64,000 nucleotides of DNA from Escherichia phage vB_EcoM_UP17. The stretch lies in the sequence record LR746137; one strand, 5' to 3'. The notes below the pieces were generated by a model. That model was given only the letters and a program-made list of their open reading frames with translations, searched no databases and was not told where the DNA came from. Positions within the stretch are counted from its first letter, which is position 1. The number at the start of each line of letters is the position of its first letter. This document shows, one piece after another, positions 47,857 through 55,795 of this stretch. The position numbers were made by a program, and so were the translations under genes.

Positions 47857-48222
47857 ATGGCTATTAATATCAATGTTTCCGCTTATGCTACCCTGGCTGA
47901 CACGGCTAAAATTGAATTATCCAGCATTGAGGCGGTGCATATTAGCGCCCGTCGCTGGTTTCAACAGTCCTACGGTAACACATATTTTTCTTTAAGCGTG
48001 GACGTTGAGATCGGCGGTAAACTGATCGAAGTGGTTAACGTGCCGTTTCAATATGGTTATGGTGATCATTTTGATACCGTCGCTATGGAAGAATTTAGCA
48101 AGGTTGTTGACCTGGAAGGCAAGGAATTTTCACGCGGCGCGTATCTTTCCCGTTTTTGCCGTGACAATGGGATCACTGTATACAGTCATGCAAGCGATGT
48201 TAAACGTAAAAAAGATTTATAA
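47857..48222 (+). CDS. Early small protein
   Basis: 121 aa, SD AGAGAGAG. Confidence 0.5.
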   Translation: MAININVSAYATLADTAKIELSSIEAVHISARRWFQQSYGNTYFSLSVDVEIGGKLIEVVNVPFQYGYGDHFDTVAMEEFSKVVDLEGKEFSRGAYLSRFCRDNGITVYSHASDVKRKKDL

Positions 48223-48228
48223 AAGTAG

Positions 48229-48287
48229 TTGACAGCACGAATAAAAAGCGTAAAATGTTTTATATCGAGAGCGGGAATAGTTCCCGC
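48229..48287 (+). promoter_or_regulatory. Promoter-hairpin unit
   Basis: TTGACA-16-TAAAAT, hairpin GCGGGAA-TAG-TTCCCGC. Confidence 0.5.
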
Positions 48288-48312
48288 CTCACTGAAAAAA
48301 GAGATTAACATC

Positions 48313-48552
48313 ATGGCTAAATCTAAAATGTATAACGGTCACAAAAACAAAACTCATTGGAATGTAAGCCTTTGGATTAATAACGATGAGTCATTATACC
48401 GCACCGCGAAAGAATTTATTAGTTATAATTCTAACCGTAATGATGCGGCGTGTGATATGATGCTATTCCTGGAACAGATTGGACAAGATAAAACACCGGA
48501 CGGATTCAAGTATAGTAAAACTGCAATCCGCGCCGCGATGGTTGGAATGTAA
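48313..48552 (+). CDS. Early small protein
   Basis: ATG 48313 after AAGAGA. Confidence 0.5.
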   Translation: MAKSKMYNGHKNKTHWNVSLWINNDESLYRTAKEFISYNSNRNDAACDMMLFLEQIGQDKTPDGFKYSKTAIRAAMVGM

Positions 48553-48561
48553 TAAAAACAG

Positions 48562-48616
48562 TTGACAACGTTTAAAATTAGTGTAAGATGTATCACATAG
48601 GGGCGACAAGCGCCCC
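48562..48616 (+). promoter_or_regulatory. Promoter-hairpin unit
   Basis: TTGACA-16-TAAGAT, hairpin GGGGCG-ACAAG-CGCCCC. Confidence 0.5.
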
Positions 48617-48638
48617 TCCTAACGAAGAGAGAAAAATC

Positions 48639-48866
48639 ATGGCTATCAATATTGTTCGCGTATCCGGCACCGTTGGCACTTCCCAGGTTATTGCAGTTGT
48701 AACAAACAAAAAGATTAATGATGTATGTGAGATCTTGAATAAGTGGGCTGTTGCTAATTTTGGGGAATATGCAAGCGTCGAGTACATCGAATCCTACCAG
48801 GTGCCAACCATCAGCCTGACCGATCTCAACGTTGATCGCCTGTTATGCCTGGATGAATTAATCTGA
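48639..48866 (+). CDS. Early small protein
   Basis: ATG 48639 after GAAGAGAGA. Confidence 0.5.
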   Translation: MAINIVRVSGTVGTSQVIAVVTNKKINDVCEILNKWAVANFGEYASVEYIESYQVPTISLTDLNVDRLLCLDELI

Positions 48867-48875
48867 AAAAGATTG

Positions 48876-48933
48876 TTGACACCGGAAAGAAAAAGAGTAA
48901 ACTGTATTACGTAGGGCGGCAATGGTGCCGCTC
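48876..48933 (+). promoter_or_regulatory. Promoter-hairpin unit
   Basis: TTGACA-16-TAAACT, hairpin GGGCGGCA-ATGG-TGCCGCTC. Confidence 0.5.
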
Positions 48934-48956
48934 ACAACAGAAGAGAGATTATCACG

Positions 48957-49169
48957 ATGGCTAATATCCGCACACTGTTAAAAAATGCAAGTCAAGTTTT
49001 ATTTTCAGATGACGAGTATTTCAATAAAGACATTACAGGCGTGAAGAATATCAAAGATGTAAAAAGTGTTATGGGTATATATTGCAATGTTAAACGTGTT
49101 GGAACGTTCGGTGATAAAGTATTGTACCAATCAGGTGATTACAATTTTACTTTGACGATTATTTCATAA
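48957..49169 (+). CDS. Early small protein
   Basis: 70 aa, SD AGAAGAGAG. Confidence 0.5.
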   Translation: MANIRTLLKNASQVLFSDDEYFNKDITGVKNIKDVKSVMGIYCNVKRVGTFGDKVLYQSGDYNFTLTIIS

Positions 49170-49174
49170 AACGC

Positions 49175-49235
49175 TTGCAATACTGCAAAATAAAGTAAAC
49201 TGTATTACATCAAGGCGGCGGAATGGTCCACCGCC
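49175..49235 (+). promoter_or_regulatory. Promoter-hairpin unit (weaker promoter)
   Basis: TTGCAA then TAAACT-like, hairpin 49212-49235 with AATGGT loop. Confidence 0.4.
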
Positions 49236-49259
49236 TAACAAAGAGAAGAGGAAAATATC

Positions 49260-49427
49260 ATGATCACTTTCGCTACCCGTGAAGCCGCTCGCAACGTTGC
49301 ACGTAAAGTTAACGCCGCCAACCTGGGCGCTACTTTTAAAGCCCCGGTGAAAGATGAATCAGGCAAATGGATCTTCCCTGGTCTGCGTCACGCTGATAAG
49401 CTAGGCACTTTAAGCCTTAAAAAATAA
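49260..49427 (+). CDS. Early small basic protein (55 aa), not in ORF track
   Basis: ATG after AGAGAAGAGG; begins MITFA like the next gene. Confidence 0.4.
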   Translation: MITFATREAARNVARKVNAANLGATFKAPVKDESGKWIFPGLRHADKLGTLSLKK

Positions 49428-49430
49428 TCG

Positions 49431-49468
49431 TTGACTTTTCGTTATAGCGCCTTATAATGGGCGCTATA
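49431..49468 (+). promoter_or_regulatory. Promoter with -10 hexamer inside a 9-bp hairpin loop
   Basis: TTGACT-16-TATAAT; TATAGCGCC and GGCGCTATA pair around loop TTATAATG. Confidence 0.45.
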
Positions 49469-49501
49469 GAGAAGAGAAACCACTACTGACAAGGAAACAC
49501 C

Positions 49502-49723
49502 ATGATCACTTTCGCTATTGTCGCCGTTGTTGCTGGTCAAGTTTACGTAAACGATACATTCACCACAGAAGACAAGGCCGCAGGAGACATAACCGCCGTT
49601 TACAATGAGTGCAAGGCAGTAGAAAGGATGTTAGCGCCTTGTATGTTAATGAGTGAACGCCAGGACGGGATAACAGTGTTTACTAACATTGAGACAGGGT
49701 ACCAAATGGTAGTAACAAAATAA
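49502..49723 (+). CDS. Early small protein
   Basis: 73 aa, N-terminus MITFA shared with 49260 ORF. Confidence 0.5.
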   Translation: MITFAIVAVVAGQVYVNDTFTTEDKAAGDITAVYNECKAVERMLAPCMLMSERQDGITVFTNIETGYQMVVTK

Positions 49724-49726
49724 AGC

Positions 49727-49784
49727 TTGACACGGATTTAATTTTCAGTAAACTGTTACACGTAGGGCGGGAATAGTTCCCGCT
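49727..49784 (+). promoter_or_regulatory. Promoter-hairpin unit
   Basis: TTGACA-16-TAAACT, hairpin GCGGGAA-TAG-TTCCCGC. Confidence 0.5.
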
Positions 49785-49801
49785 AAAAAGAGAGAAAGAC
49801 C

Positions 49802-50155
49802 ATGAAAGCACAAAATGCAATTAAAGAGTACATCCTTGCCGCTATCGATTTTAATGATTACGGTATTACAACCGAAAAAGAGAAGATCGCGGAATTGATG
49901 CGCCGTTTTAATTCCGAGTACTGGTACCCTGATAACCAATCACGTTTTAATTATAGTATTGTTAAAGCACTTGCATCATGGTTACAAGGTTTGCCATCAG
50001 ATATTAATATCGCTTTCGAATATTGGGAAATTGATCGCTTGTTAACATCCTGGGGATACATTAAAGAGAATAGCAGCGATGATAAAATCCAACGAGAAAG
50101 GGAAAATTATTGGCTTTATATTGCAGGCGTGATCCTTGCTTGCTCTTATGAATGA
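49802..50155 (+). CDS. Early small protein
   Basis: 117 aa, SD AGAGAGAAAG. Confidence 0.5.
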   Translation: MKAQNAIKEYILAAIDFNDYGITTEKEKIAELMRRFNSEYWYPDNQSRFNYSIVKALASWLQGLPSDINIAFEYWEIDRLLTSWGYIKENSSDDKIQRERENYWLYIAGVILACSYE

Positions 50156-50161
50156 TAAACC

Positions 50162-50215
50162 TTGACAATTTTACAAAACAGTTTAAATTAATAATATAGC
50201 GGCAATGGTGCCGCT
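50162..50215 (+). promoter_or_regulatory. Promoter-hairpin unit
   Basis: TTGACA-16-TAAATT, hairpin AGCGGCA-ATGG-TGCCGCT. Confidence 0.5.
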
Positions 50216-50234
50216 CATATAAAGAGGAAACAAA

Positions 50235-50381
50235 ATGAATACATCTAATCGCGCAGAAAAAATTCAATCTTCCAAGATCCGTAAGGCCTGGAATGAGGAA
50301 GTGATCCGCAAAGGCGACAAGCGCAATAAAACAAAGCGCGGGAAGAGTGACAAATATAATTGGATGGATTTAGAGGATTAA
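50235..50381 (+). CDS. Small basic protein (48 aa), not in ORF track
   Basis: ATG after AAGAGG; Lys/Arg-rich. Confidence 0.35.
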   Translation: MNTSNRAEKIQSSKIRKAWNEEVIRKGDKRNKTKRGKSDKYNWMDLED

Positions 50382-50389
50382 CATAACAA

Positions 50390-50415
50390 GGGCGCACCAA
50401 GCGCCCTTTCTTTTT
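50390..50415 (+). terminator. Rho-independent terminator
   Basis: GGGCGC-ACCAA-GCGCCC then TTTCTTTTT. Confidence 0.6.
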
Positions 50416-50436
50416 ACATGTAGAGGATAAACAAAA

Positions 50437-50622
50437 ATGATTTTAAACGAGCTTAAAACAGCCTACAGCGCAACATTAAAAATAGCCGTGCGTTACCGTG
50501 ACGAATACGGTTTTATCGCGCAGGGCGTGATCCTGGGCTTTTCTGACGATGGTTTGATCTATGTTGATGCACATCACAACAAGGTTAAACCTGAAAACGT
50601 CATTAGCATAAAATATCTTTAA
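50437..50622 (+). CDS. Early small protein
   Basis: 61 aa, SD GAGGATAA. Confidence 0.45.
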   Translation: MILNELKTAYSATLKIAVRYRDEYGFIAQGVILGFSDDGLIYVDAHHNKVKPENVISIKYL

Positions 50623-50628
50623 AAGTGG

Positions 50629-50688
50629 TTGACACCATAACCGGACCTGTTAAACTGTATTACATCAGGCGGGGAATAGTTCCCCACC
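50629..50688 (+). promoter_or_regulatory. Promoter-hairpin unit
   Basis: TTGACA-16-TAAACT, hairpin GGGGAA-TAG-TTCCCC. Confidence 0.5.
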
Positions 50689-50707
50689 ATACAAAAAGGT
50701 AAATATT

Positions 50708-50914
50708 ATGATCACCGCAAAACAAGAAAAAATCATTATCGACGTTGCAGCCGTTGCCGCTATTGCTATTATTGGATCTTATTATGATACCCGTTTCCCG
50801 TCGGCTATGCATGAGGTCGCCGCCGTTGCATCAGTTGGCGTGCTGTTTTACGTTGGTAAACGCTATTTATCACCAATGATTAACAAGCTGACACCGTGGA
50901 AAAATAAAGGTTGA
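50708..50914 (+). CDS. Early small membrane protein
   Basis: 68 aa, hydrophobic core. Confidence 0.5.
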   Translation: MITAKQEKIIIDVAAVAAIAIIGSYYDTRFPSAMHEVAAVASVGVLFYVGKRYLSPMINKLTPWKNKG

Positions 50915-50965
50915 TCCTGTTTTACATTGTGTTATAGTTATCGTGTAGGGCGGCAATGGTGCCGC
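50911..50965 (+). promoter_or_regulatory. Promoter-hairpin unit
   Basis: TTGATC-16-TATAGT, hairpin GGCGGCA-ATGG-TGCCGC. Confidence 0.45.
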
Positions 50966-50985
50966 GCCCCTTTGAGGATGCAATC

Positions 50986-51270
50986 ATGAGTAAAGCTAAC
51001 ACCGTGCTAATGTTTTCCCTGGTTAATGATCCCGCTTACTTGTCCAACATGACGCAGGAGGGTGACACATTAACGGCAACATTCACCAATAAGCTTGACC
51101 GAGTGATCATCATCTCACTGAAAACAGTTAGTAAAGGCTTTTACTCGTTAGCTTATCATTGGATCACCGATACCGATGAGACAAGCCAGGACTATAGCGC
51201 CCCTTTCCCTGAATCAATGGCACGGGAGATCATCGCCGCCGTTGTAAATGATGGTTTGTTTACTGCATAA
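50986..51270 (+). CDS. Early small protein
   Basis: ATG 50986 after GAGGATG. Confidence 0.5.
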   Translation: MSKANTVLMFSLVNDPAYLSNMTQEGDTLTATFTNKLDRVIIISLKTVSKGFYSLAYHWITDTDETSQDYSAPFPESMAREIIAAVVNDGLFTA

Positions 51271-51288
51271 AATAATTCAGAAAAAGGC

Positions 51289-51345
51289 TTGCAATCATTT
51301 TGGGATAATGTATATTTAATGCATAGGGCGGCGGGAATAGTTCCC
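51289..51345 (+). promoter_or_regulatory. Promoter-hairpin unit
   Basis: TTGCAA-17-TATATT, hairpin GGGAA-TAG-TTCCC. Confidence 0.45.
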
Positions 51346-51368
51346 AAAGCAAACGAGAGGATTACACG

Positions 51369-51488
51369 ATGAGCAAGTACACAGTAGAATACACGGTAGA
51401 AAATCCGGCAGTATCCGAAGGTAAAAAGATGACATTTGCCATCAGTATAATCGCTTTCGTTGTCACTATCTTATCAATCATCTTATAA
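51369..51488 (+). CDS. Hydrophobic micro-peptide (39 aa), not in ORF track
   Basis: ATG after GAGAGG; C-terminal TM segment. Confidence 0.3.
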   Translation: MSKYTVEYTVENPAVSEGKKMTFAISIIAFVVTILSIIL

Positions 51489-51498
51489 GGTGCACACC

Positions 51499-51678
51499 AT
51501 GAAAACATCAGACGTTATCAAATCATCCAAGATTATTAAAGAGATCGCCCTTGCCACTGGCATTGAGATCGAGGAAGTGATCGCGCTCAATCTTACAGAA
51601 GACAACTTGCGCAGCTATGAAACGGAAAGCGTGAAAGCAAGTGGCGCGATCCTGGCATATAATCCGGCTAACAAATAA
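51499..51678 (+). CDS. Early small protein
   Basis: ATG 51499, 10 nt after previous stop. Confidence 0.45.
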   Translation: MKTSDVIKSSKIIKEIALATGIEIEEVIALNLTEDNLRSYETESVKASGAILAYNPANK

Positions 51679-51679
51679 C

Positions 51680-51734
51680 TTGACAAGCTGAATCAACCTG
51701 ATAAGATGTATCACATAGGGGCGACAAGCGCCCC
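51680..51734 (+). promoter_or_regulatory. Promoter-hairpin unit
   Basis: TTGACA-16-TAAGAT, hairpin GGGGCG-ACAAG-CGCCCC. Confidence 0.5.
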
Positions 51735-51755
51735 GCCTAACAGAGAGATAGAATC

Positions 51756-52034
51756 ATGACCATCACCAAATTATCCACCGAAGAAATCGAACAAGTGCTG
51801 ACTACTAATCTGCAAGATTGGAAGCGTGAAGCAGATTTGCAAGCGGTTTGCAAGCTGAATGCAGAATTAACGGAAAATGATATTGACACTATTGTTAGCC
51901 CCGATTTTTATGATGCTATTCATGATGATTCGATTATCCTTGAAACACTGTTAGATAACACTTGGATCAATCCTGATTTGGCAGCTTATGACCGTAGCGC
52001 CTTTATCACTATCCACAATATTTACAACCGTTAA
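51756..52034 (+). CDS. Early small acidic protein
   Basis: 92 aa, SD AGAGAGATAG. Confidence 0.5.
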   Translation: MTITKLSTEEIEQVLTTNLQDWKREADLQAVCKLNAELTENDIDTIVSPDFYDAIHDDSIILETLLDNTWINPDLAAYDRSAFITIHNIYNR

Positions 52035-52043
52035 GGGGATAAC

Positions 52044-52154
52044 ATGAATCCGAAAGACATGCAAGCCTGGAAAGGGTATGATGATCTAAGCGCCTTGCGC
52101 AATAAGTCAAGCCGTAACCTTAGACGATTGGAAGCAAAGAAAAAGAAAAAATAG
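52044..52154 (+). CDS. Small basic ORF (36 aa), not in ORF track
   Basis: ATG after AAGGGGA; Lys-rich tail. Confidence 0.3.
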   Translation: MNPKDMQAWKGYDDLSALRNKSSRNLRRLEAKKKKK

Positions 52155-52155
52155 T

Positions 52156-52213
52156 TTGACAAGTCCGCGTAGTCTGGTAATATGTATCTTGTAGGGCGGC
52201 AATGGTGCCGCTC
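52156..52213 (+). promoter_or_regulatory. Promoter-hairpin unit
   Basis: TTGACA-16-TAATAT, hairpin GGGCGGCA-ATGG-TGCCGCTC. Confidence 0.5.
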
Positions 52214-52232
52214 ACAAGAAGAGAGAAAAATC

Positions 52233-52517
52233 ATGAAAATCACAAAAAGCCTGACTAATTATGCAGCACGTCGCGGATTATGTTTAACCGTTGAAAACTT
52301 AGGGAAAGAAGACTTTTTGTGTTTTTGGGAGCTTGAGAATGATTGCGAGTGGATGTTTTCTTATTCTATCTGCGAAGATCAAAACGGTTGTTTGTTAACC
52401 TGGCGCGGTAATATCTATTTACCGGAAGAAATTAAAGAAGAGCTACCAGGTACGATCATGACAGAGAGACAGCTTAAGGAAGTGATCAATTTTGTAGGGC
52501 AAAACATTAAAAAATAA
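52233..52517 (+). CDS. Early small protein
   Basis: ATG 52233 after AAGAAGAGAGA. Confidence 0.5.
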   Translation: MKITKSLTNYAARRGLCLTVENLGKEDFLCFWELENDCEWMFSYSICEDQNGCLLTWRGNIYLPEEIKEELPGTIMTERQLKEVINFVGQNIKK

Positions 52518-52518
52518 T

Positions 52519-52581
52519 TTGACAGCAGGCAAACAACGTAGTAAAGTTTATTACATAGAGCGGCGGAATGGTCCACCGCTC
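52519..52581 (+). promoter_or_regulatory. Promoter-hairpin unit
   Basis: TTGACA-17-TAAAGT, hairpin 52558-52581 with AATGGT loop. Confidence 0.5.
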
Positions 52582-52602
52582 ACAACAGAAGAGAAACAAA
52601 TC

Positions 52603-52773
52603 ATGATCCCGACTATGTTTTATGTATCGCGCAAAGGTCACAATATTTTTTGGTCTGAAGATTTAAATGAAGCTATGACGTTTGCCCGTGATCGTGTTGC
52701 TATCGGTGGCGTTAACATCACCGTAACCGATGAAAATGGTATTGAATACTATAACGGCGACGATGAAGAATAA
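52603..52773 (+). CDS. Early small protein
   Basis: ATG 52603 after AGAAGAGAAA. Confidence 0.5.
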   Translation: MIPTMFYVSRKGHNIFWSEDLNEAMTFARDRVAIGGVNITVTDENGIEYYNGDDEE

Positions 52774-52810
52774 TTGACAACCTGAAAGCTGTATTTTTAA
52801 AATACAGCTT
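52774..52810 (+). promoter_or_regulatory. TTGACA followed by perfect 8-bp hairpin
   Basis: AAGCTGTA-TTTTTAAAA-TACAGCTT directly after a -35-like hexamer. Confidence 0.35.
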
Positions 52811-52831
52811 AGAAAATGTAGTAAATAAACC

Positions 52832-52893
52832 TTGACAATGGTTTGTTATCTGGTAAAGTGTACTACGTAGGGCGGGGCAATGGTGCAACGCCC
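52832..52893 (+). promoter_or_regulatory. Promoter-hairpin unit (variant hairpin)
   Basis: TTGACA-16-TAAAGT, hairpin GGGCGGGGCAATGGTGCAACGCCC. Confidence 0.45.
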
Positions 52894-52911
52894 ATTAATG
52901 AGGGTAGAATC

Positions 52912-53016
52912 ATGTTAGAGAAAATTTTCACGGTTGCAGTGGTTGGCCTGGCGTTATCGGTTGGAGTAGTTGCAACTATGGCTAACATGATCCTATCTTC
53001 CCACGGTATCGGTTAA
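52912..53016 (+). CDS. Hydrophobic micro-peptide (34 aa), not in ORF track
   Basis: ATG after GAGGG; single TM-like segment. Confidence 0.3.
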   Translation: MLEKIFTVAVVGLALSVGVVATMANMILSSHGIG

Positions 53017-53026
53017 GGTGAAACAA

Positions 53027-53242
53027 ATGATCACGAACAAAACAGGCAAAACGGAATTTTTACGCGGCTTACAAGTTGGTAAGCCTGAGATCTGGCATTG
53101 CACGAAGTCCGCGCATAATGAAATGAAAGATTTCACCGCTACTTTACAACGTGTTAAAATATCTATTACGCAGAAAAAAGCCTTATTAGTAGTAGAAAAC
53201 GAGATCCCGCAAACTATTATTATTGTCGAGCGTACAGCATGA
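53027..53242 (+). CDS. Early small protein
   Basis: ATG 53027 after AAGGTG. Confidence 0.45.
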   Translation: MITNKTGKTEFLRGLQVGKPEIWHCTKSAHNEMKDFTATLQRVKISITQKKALLVVENEIPQTIIIVERTA

Positions 53243-53625
53243 AAACAGAAATCATTATTGAAATCATCAACGGCTATAAAGAAGCCTTTATTTTTGCTGA
53301 ATCAGCAAGGGATCATGAAGGTAATTTTATTGATAACTTAGACGATTATGATTTTTCTCCTAGTGCGGATCAACGGATCGCCCAGGATGTAACAGTCTTT
53401 ATTAATGCTAATCTTGCCGCTATCTCTGAGGCAATGAGCGACGGCGCAACAGCCAACCAGATCGGGAATGATTTACATTTTACCCGTAACAGTCACGGCG
53501 TAGGCTTTTGGGATCGCCCTGAAATATACACCACTAACACGGCGAACCGCCTAACCAATGCAGCTAAGTTTATGCCGAACGTGTCGGCTTACATTGGTGA
53601 AGATAATTTGATTTATATTGAATAA
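53239..53625 (+). CDS. Early protein
   Basis: 128 aa, ATGA overlap with upstream gene. Confidence 0.5.
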   Translation: MKTEIIIEIINGYKEAFIFAESARDHEGNFIDNLDDYDFSPSADQRIAQDVTVFINANLAAISEAMSDGATANQIGNDLHFTRNSHGVGFWDRPEIYTTNTANRLTNAAKFMPNVSAYIGEDNLIYIE

Positions 53626-53631
53626 AAAGTA

Positions 53632-53689
53632 TTGACACAGATCGCCAGTGTGCTAATATTTACCACGTAGGGCGGCAATGGTGCCGCTC
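53632..53689 (+). promoter_or_regulatory. Promoter-hairpin unit
   Basis: TTGACA-16-TAATAT, hairpin GGGCGGCA-ATGG-TGCCGCTC. Confidence 0.5.
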
Positions 53690-53708
53690 CCCGAAAAAGG
53701 TAAACATT

Positions 53709-53900
53709 ATGAAAACCATCTCCTACCTGGAATCGAATAACATGTTTTTTGCGCCCGTTGATGAAATCATCGAAGCATTAAACAACGAGGAAGGGATCAA
53801 AGGTTTATCTTATAGCCAACTTTTAGGAATGGTTGCAGCAAATGAAGAGCTTGCTTACTATGTTGAAAATTTTGATGAAGCTGTAATCTTTACAAAATAA
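53709..53900 (+). CDS. Early small acidic protein
   Basis: 63 aa, SD AAAAAGG. Confidence 0.5.
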   Translation: MKTISYLESNNMFFAPVDEIIEALNNEEGIKGLSYSQLLGMVAANEELAYYVENFDEAVIFTK

Positions 53901-53903
53901 TCC

Positions 53904-53960
53904 TTGATCTAATCTCTTAGATAACTTATATTTAATGTGTAGGGCGGCAATGGTGCCGCC
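53904..53960 (+). promoter_or_regulatory. Promoter-hairpin unit
   Basis: TTGATC-17-TATATT, hairpin GGGCGGCA-ATGG-TGCCGCC. Confidence 0.5.
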
Positions 53961-53978
53961 GATAACGAGGAAAGTAAA

Positions 53979-54278
53979 ATGGAAACTATCGCTATTGTTA
54001 CCGTAGAAAAGCTGGTTGTTGGTGATGTATTCGCGTTAATGGTGCCTAACAGCAGCAAGCTGGGCGCTTATGAAGTAATGGATCATAAAAATGAATCATT
54101 TGGCGACGGTTGCACAATGGCGGTAAAATCTTTAAAGGATGGAATCATCCGCCAGGCTAACTGGCACAAAGGGAATCAAGTCGGTTTAATATCAGCTAAT
54201 TTCTTGCCAGAAGAGCAAACGTTAGACCAACTATCAGGCGGTAAGACGTTAGCCGAACTACTGGAAACAGCGATCTAA
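53979..54278 (+). CDS. Early small protein
   Basis: 99 aa, SD GAGGAAAG. Confidence 0.5.
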   Translation: METIAIVTVEKLVVGDVFALMVPNSSKLGAYEVMDHKNESFGDGCTMAVKSLKDGIIRQANWHKGNQVGLISANFLPEEQTLDQLSGGKTLAELLETAI

Positions 54279-54286
54279 TCAACAAA

Positions 54287-54302
54287 GGGGCGGCAACGCC
54301 CC
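54287..54302 (+). promoter_or_regulatory. Leader hairpin with GCAA tetraloop, no obvious promoter
   Basis: GGGGCG-GCAA-CGCCCC, 20 nt before ATG 54323. Confidence 0.4.
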
Positions 54303-54322
54303 ACATCAGAAAGGAAAAGATT

Positions 54323-54559
54323 ATGAGTATTGCAACAGTATTAACCGCCGTTAAAACCGCTGAATCATCCGGCTTGCATGTTGAGCTTATAGATCAACCA
54401 GGTGGCGATCTCCTTGTCCAGGTTTACCCGCCGAAAGTAGGGGATGATCATTATTGGTGTTATTCTGATACGTTCGAACAAGTAGACACGAAAGCGATCA
54501 CAACCTTTATTTTAAAAGCCGTTGAAGAAAATAACTTTCATTATAACATCAATCAATAA
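54323..54559 (+). CDS. Early small protein
   Basis: 78 aa, SD AAAGGAAAAG. Confidence 0.5.
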   Translation: MSIATVLTAVKTAESSGLHVELIDQPGGDLLVQVYPPKVGDDHYWCYSDTFEQVDTKAITTFILKAVEENNFHYNINQ

Positions 54560-54569
54560 ACCATAAGCA

Positions 54570-54584
54570 GGGCGGTAACGCCCC
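54570..54584 (+). promoter_or_regulatory. Leader hairpin with GTAA tetraloop
   Basis: GGGCG-GTAA-CGCCC upstream of ATG 54614. Confidence 0.4.
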
Positions 54585-54613
54585 ATTAAACGCAATAGGA
54601 AGAGGATAGACGT

Positions 54614-54898
54614 ATGAAAAAGATGATCGCAGTAGTTGCCCTGGTTGTTGGTATTAACGCGCCTACACTGGCTAATGAGTTGCCAGAATCCATCACGCTA
54701 ACCGACATCAACGCAGTGAATCGGATCGGTGTTAATTATCGCCTATGCCTTGCCGCTAAAACTTTCCAGGACGGCACGACAGAGTACTACGGATTCGAGG
54801 GTATCCGCTGCGGTGAGCTTGCACGCGACCTTAAGGAAGATCCAGACCTTGAGGCCATACCGATGACCGTAAACGGTAAAGCCCACGTAAACCGCTAA
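54614..54898 (+). CDS. Secreted small protein
   Basis: Signal peptide MKKMIAVVALVVGINAPTLA. Confidence 0.5.
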   Translation: MKKMIAVVALVVGINAPTLANELPESITLTDINAVNRIGVNYRLCLAAKTFQDGTTEYYGFEGIRCGELARDLKEDPDLEAIPMTVNGKAHVNR

Positions 54899-54900
54899 CC

Positions 54901-55035
54901 ATGAGAAAGGTAATCATCACAATGGGGATCGTAGTAGCAACGCTGGCGCTTATCCCTTTCATGGTTGAACATGTGCTGATCAGTGTTGTCCTTATAGTCA
55001 GTGACCTATTGGAAACGGTTGGCACCTGGTTTTAA
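54901..55035 (+). CDS. Hydrophobic micro-peptide (44 aa, or 37 aa from internal ATG 54922), not in ORF track
   Basis: Two hydrophobic segments; weak SD; terminator follows. Confidence 0.3.
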   Translation: MRKVIITMGIVVATLALIPFMVEHVLISVVLIVSDLLETVGTWF

Positions 55036-55043
55036 GATAATAA

Positions 55044-55070
55044 ATAGGGCTTGCAATAGTCCTATTTTTT
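55044..55070 (+). terminator. Rho-independent terminator
   Basis: ATAGGGC...GTCCTAT stem then TTTTTT. Confidence 0.5.
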
Positions 55071-55209
55071 GTTATACTTGTTGAACGGGCGGCACCTGGG
55101 AGCAGGGGAAGATAATCACCGGAAGACTCCGCTATATATTGATAACTAACGCCTATCAAACAACAAAACATCAAAGGAACAAACTATCAAATCTTTACAA
55201 TTCCACCTA

Positions 55210-55270
55210 TTGACACCGGATCACGCTTACACTATTATTTATCACGTAGGGCGAGCAATACAGCAAGCCC
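55210..55270 (+). promoter_or_regulatory. Promoter with degenerate hairpin
   Basis: TTGACA-17-TATTAT; GGGC...GCCC short stem at 55249-55270. Confidence 0.45.
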
Positions 55271-55287
55271 ACAAAGAGGAAAATAAA

Positions 55288-55656
55288 ATGAGCAAATCAG
55301 CAATTAAAGCACTTGAAAAAGCACAAAAAGTGATCGCCACTTCCACCACTGGCACAAGTATTAATCTGGTCGCTTACTTGGAAGATGAAACTATCCGTAA
55401 AAATTGGCGTAATGCTGATTTACTGGCTTGCTTATTGATTAATAGTGTCGCTAATGCTTTCCAGTGTGAAACAGCCGAGAGCCTAGAGGAAAACTTGTTT
55501 GATAATATGGATCAAGCCATTGAAACCTATATACAATCAAACCTGGATAACTGGAACAGTAAAACATGGCCCGACAATTTACGCGATACAACTGATCAAC
55601 TGATCCGCCTTGCCCTGATGGTTGAACGCGATAACATTCACAACCGCACAAAGTAA
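55288..55656 (+). CDS. Early protein
   Basis: ATG 55288 after AAGAGGAAAA. Confidence 0.5.
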   Translation: MSKSAIKALEKAQKVIATSTTGTSINLVAYLEDETIRKNWRNADLLACLLINSVANAFQCETAESLEENLFDNMDQAIETYIQSNLDNWNSKTWPDNLRDTTDQLIRLALMVERDNIHNRTK

Positions 55657-55713
55657 GATTATACAAGGGCGCACTAAGCGCCCTTTAACGTAAAGAAATG
55701 TAAATAATGCGCT

Positions 55714-55750
55714 ATCCCCTATTGACAGGGGATCGGCGTTATATTATATT
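55714..55750 (+). promoter_or_regulatory. Promoter whose -35 sits in the loop of a 7-bp inverted repeat
   Basis: ATCCCCT-ATTGAC-AGGGGAT; TTGACA 55722-55727, TATAT-rich -10 about 17 nt on. Confidence 0.4.
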
Positions 55751-55795
55751 TAACTCACTGGCAGCAAACAACGAAACGAAACAAAGGACAACACC

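Noticed and set aside
45331-55215. N-terminal extensions in the track starting at TTG/GTG (for example 45331, 47080, 48229, 52519, 55210)
   Set aside because: These starts coincide with the TTGACA -35 hexamer or lie inside the hairpin; downstream ATGs with SD sequences give consistent leader lengths across units.
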